Source of the DNA: Spirochaetia bacterium
GTDB taxonomy: Bacteria > Spirochaetota > Spirochaetia > SZUA-6 > Bin103
Assembly (NCBI GenBank): GCA_965208575.1
Contig: CBDBOV010000005.1
Location: 320,001-384,000, forward strand
Length of the DNA: 64,000 bases
Direction of reading: 5' to 3'
Positions 60,975 through 64,000 of this stretch are shown in pieces. The position numbers and the translations under genes are program-made. Every line of letters begins with the position of its first letter. The first letter of the stretch is position 1. The notes beneath the pieces are model-generated. The model did not search any database and was not told the DNA's origin. It was given only the letters and a program-made list of their open reading frames with translations.

Positions 60975-62763
60975 TCAGAATCCCATTTCTCGCTTCAGAT
61001 CCTGGTCAATCCAGAGGCGGGCGAGGATGGTATGAAACAGAAAGTTTCCCATCCTGGTTTCACCGTTAAAACCTTTCACCCACGGTTGGCTGGCCTGATA
61101 ACTTGGAGCCAGAGGAAGCCCTATGTTATTGTGCTGCGTCATTAACGCCATACCAAACTGTTTTGCCGCCATTATCTGATCATCGATGCTGGTGGCGGCG
61201 AAAAAGGCAGCTTGGGCGGCGGCCAGATCAGGGTTCTCGACTCCGCCCATCCATTCACTTTGGTAAGGGACCTCGGAGCCATACGCCGACATGCTCGGGG
61301 TCGGGATCTCCCTGGCCATGGCGCCATAAATCGACTCATAGTTTTGTTCTGACCAATAACCGGTCAAAGTCCCCCAGTCGGCCGTACCAATCGTTACATC
61401 AACGCCAATATCATCCCAGTAGCCGGCGGCTATTTCTATAATGCCCAGATCTGCGATGTCGCGGTGCAGATGTTCGAACTTGAAGCGGACGCCGTCGGCG
61501 CCGCGCGGATATCCTGCCTCATCAAGGAGCCTCTCCGCACCTTCCGGGTCGTAGGTGTAGTATTGCTTGAGTTCTTCGGGCCACTCTTCCCATTCGGTGT
61601 AATACCCCTTGGCGCCAAGGTAGCGAGGTGGGTGCCACTGGGCGAAACCGCCATAGTAGGTATCGTTGATCGTCTCCAGGTCCAATGCCATCTGCAGTGC
61701 GTGGCGTACTCTGATGTCGTCAAAGGGGGCGTTGCGTATGTTCAGACTGAAAGCATCCGCCCGTTGGAAAAATGGCCATATCGCGATCTCGGGGTCGGTC
61801 CGCTGCAGGCTCCTTACCACGTCGATGGACTTTATCTCATTACCAGCGAGGCGTATCATATCAATCTTACCCGAGCGCAGTGCCGATAAGCGGGTCGCTT
61901 CTTCCGCTATATGCAGGGCCATCAGCTCGTCGACATAGGGCAGGCGGTTGTCCGGGTATTTTGGGTCGTAGCCCCAGTAGTCAGGATTCTTGGCATAGGT
62001 CTTGGAGACGCCTTCGACATAGTCAGTCAGAATGAGGGGCCCGGTGCCGACCACGTTCTGCCAATCCTTGTAGTCGCCGTATTGCTCGATTACCTCGGGG
62101 GGGTAATATCCAGAACAAGTGTTCGGCGATGATAGCCTCTAGCGCACCGAGGGAGGGCTCCATCAACTTCATGACAACCGTGTATTCGTCGGTGTCCTCG
62201 ATCGATTCCCATGGCAGATCGACAGCGGCAGTGGTACGTACAGGACGTTCGGTAAAGTCACCCTGAGCGGTAATGCGCTGATAGGTATAGACGACATCAT
62301 CGGCAGTGAGCTCGCGCCCGTTCACCGGTGCCTTGTTATGCCAGTGAACGCCCTGACGGATGTGAAAGACGTACGTTAGTGGGTCGGGCGTTTCCCAGCT
62401 TTCCGCCAGCTCCCCGGTGTAAGTAAACAGAGGAACGTAAGGCCCATCAAAGCCGAATTCTTTCCTATCCAGACCCCAGTCCCCGACGGCGAGTCTCTCA
62501 TTGACACCGTCTATGAGAAAGCCCGCATAGGCGCCGGCACTAAAGGGGTCGGCAGTTTCGCCAATCAAGACATACGAAACGATCAACGTCCCGCCGTACT
62601 CTGGCGCGGTCACCATCTTGCCGGTGGCGGGGTCCCTCACCATCTCCTTCTCCGTGGCGGCGGCCGGCTCCTCTTCGCTGGCCGGGCTTGCCCACAGGCC
62701 GGTGGCGGCCAGACCGAAACCGATCAGTACCGCCAGGATGTTTCGCAAGACTGCGTATTGCAT
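60975..62763 (-). pseudogene. ABC substrate-binding protein family 5 (SBP8), frameshifted in a homopolymer
   Basis: Two ORFs joined at G7 62097-62103; the paralogue SBP7 has G6 at the same WILPPEV position. Confidence 0.88.
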
Positions 62764-63222
62764 CTTTGTCTCCAAAAAATTCGAGAGTGCTGGTCTCGCT
62801 GTGCATCCGTCGCCCACTCTCGATGCGCACCGGACATCTCCGGTGCCCGGAAAGCGACGGCGCCAGCCCCGAGCTACATCGACATCCGGCACCTCCTTGA
62901 ACGCGCGCGCGGACCTGAGCCCGGAGCACCGCATGAGGCGGTGTGGCGAAAGTGAGGGACCGGCAACGCCGACGGTGCGGTGTGCAGGTGGTAAGAGGAG
63001 CGGTGCAGGCGAAGCGGCGCGCGGGGCGATCAGCCGGAGCGATTATTGCTTGTGATTCAAGTATATACCGGGGGGGGGGGGGTAGGACACACCTATCCCG
63101 TCAACCGGTGGCGTCCTCAAGTGCTTCTGGTATTGCACCGTGAACATAAGCCTTTTCGCCGACAGAGAACGAGTCTATTCCACGCGCAACGAGCTGTCAA
63201 GTCGCGCGGAGCACGACGAGCA
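62764..63222 (-). promoter_or_regulatory. Conserved leader type B (copy 3)
   Basis: TTGACA(63200-63195)-N17-TAGACT(63177-63172). Confidence 0.8.
63043..63147 (-). CDS. Putative leader peptide of SBP8
   Basis: MFTVQYQKHLRTPPVDGIGVSYPPPPGIYLNHKQ*; C13 tract. Confidence 0.55.
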   Translation of the reverse strand: MFTVQYQKHLRTPPVDGIGVSYPPPPGIYLNHKQ

Positions 63223-63306
63223 CGACGCGTCGCCGCCGGGTATTGGGCTGATATTGGCGTTGTGTGCCCGGTAAACCTCGGCGGTAGAGGCGTTGATCCA
63301 CCTGGG

Positions 63307-63708
63307 ATGACAACCAGAATCGCGGTAGAATATGTCAAGAAGTATGAGGTGCCAGAAATGAGGTTTCAGGAATTCGTCCGGGACCAAGTGTTCTCTCCGT
63401 CGCTCATCGCCGACGAGCTGCGTACCACCAAGTCCGAGATCGCCGGCACGCTGGGCCTCGGCAAGGATGCGTTCACCCGCGCGTCGCGGGTCCGGGCGCG
63501 CAAGACGCAGGTCCGGTTGCGCCAGATGCTGGAGATTCTCAATCGCGTGGAAACGGCAACCGGATCGCCGCTCGCGGCTTACGCCTGGTTCCGGGCCGAG
63601 CCGCTGCCGGGGTTCGGCGGCGCTACCCCCGATCTTCTGGTGCGCGAAGGCAGGGCCGACCAGGTGCATGCCTATCTGGACCGCATCATGGCCGGCGGCT
63701 ATGCCTGA
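63307..63708 (+). CDS. Xre/MbcA-like antitoxin (DUF2384)
   Basis: AYAWFRAEPLPGFGGATPDLLV..GR...V..YL; start may be ATG 63358. Confidence 0.85.
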   Translation: MTTRIAVEYVKKYEVPEMRFQEFVRDQVFSPSLIADELRTTKSEIAGTLGLGKDAFTRASRVRARKTQVRLRQMLEILNRVETATGSPLAAYAWFRAEPLPGFGGATPDLLVREGRADQVHAYLDRIMAGGYA

Positions 63709-63723
63709 GTCTGCATTGTCCTG

Positions 63724-64000
63724 ATGCGGTTCCGGGCGCTGGTGTACCGGGCTCACAATCCACAGTGGTCCTGGACGCCGATATCCGGCGAGGGTGCCCG
63801 CCGTCACGGCGGACGATTCAACCGCCGCGGGGTGCCGGCGCTCTACACCTCGCTCGCCCCGCTCGTCGCCATCCGCGAAGCGCAGCCGTTTGGCCGGCCG
63901 ATGCAGCCGCTCACCCTGTGCGCGTACGAGGTCGATGCACAGCCGGTGTTCGATGCACTGGACCAGGAGCGGCGCCGGGCGTTGGGGGTGACGGAGTCCG
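63724..64000 (+). CDS. RES domain toxin, partial
   Basis: MRFRALVYRAHNPQW...SGEGARRHGGRFNRRGVPALYTSL. Confidence 0.9.
   Translation, partial: MRFRALVYRAHNPQWSWTPISGEGARRHGGRFNRRGVPALYTSLAPLVAIREAQPFGRPMQPLTLCAYEVDAQPVFDALDQERRRALGVTES

Noticed and set aside
3843-62763. Diversity-generating retroelement acting on the SBPs
   Set aside because: No reverse transcriptase and no template/variable repeat pair differing only at adenines was seen
49800-64000. Integron cassette array
   Set aside because: No integrase and no recognisable attC sites; genes in mixed orientation

Overview
A GC-rich bacterial window with Spirochaetota-type 'TGLWAxGxEE' signal peptides (taxonomy is inference only). It is dominated by eight peptide/nickel-family (SBP_bac_5, Dpp/Opp-like) ABC importer cassettes in various states of decay, none with an ATPase gene. 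Interspersed are toxin-antitoxin pairs and remnants, an HNH nuclease, a complete IS1634, a Fic protein, an AAA+DUF4276 pair, an unknown ABC-exporter operon and catabolic enzymes. The most striking unexplained structure is in front of the seven related binding-protein genes. Each has a ~400-580 nt leader with the same layout: a sigma70 promoter, then a short upstream ORF containing a slippage-prone simple repeat (poly-C read as poly-Pro, or 7/8-mer tandem repeats), then a conserved stop-codon context, then a GC-rich segment. That segment carries an internal Shine-Dalgarno-like site, and in six of the seven it also carries a mini-ORF and a shared structured-RNA motif next to the RBS. In four leaders the uORF ends at the conserved stop; in three it misses it by exactly one repeat unit. 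This suggests an undescribed phase-variable leader-peptide/attenuation system controlling an expanded transporter family.
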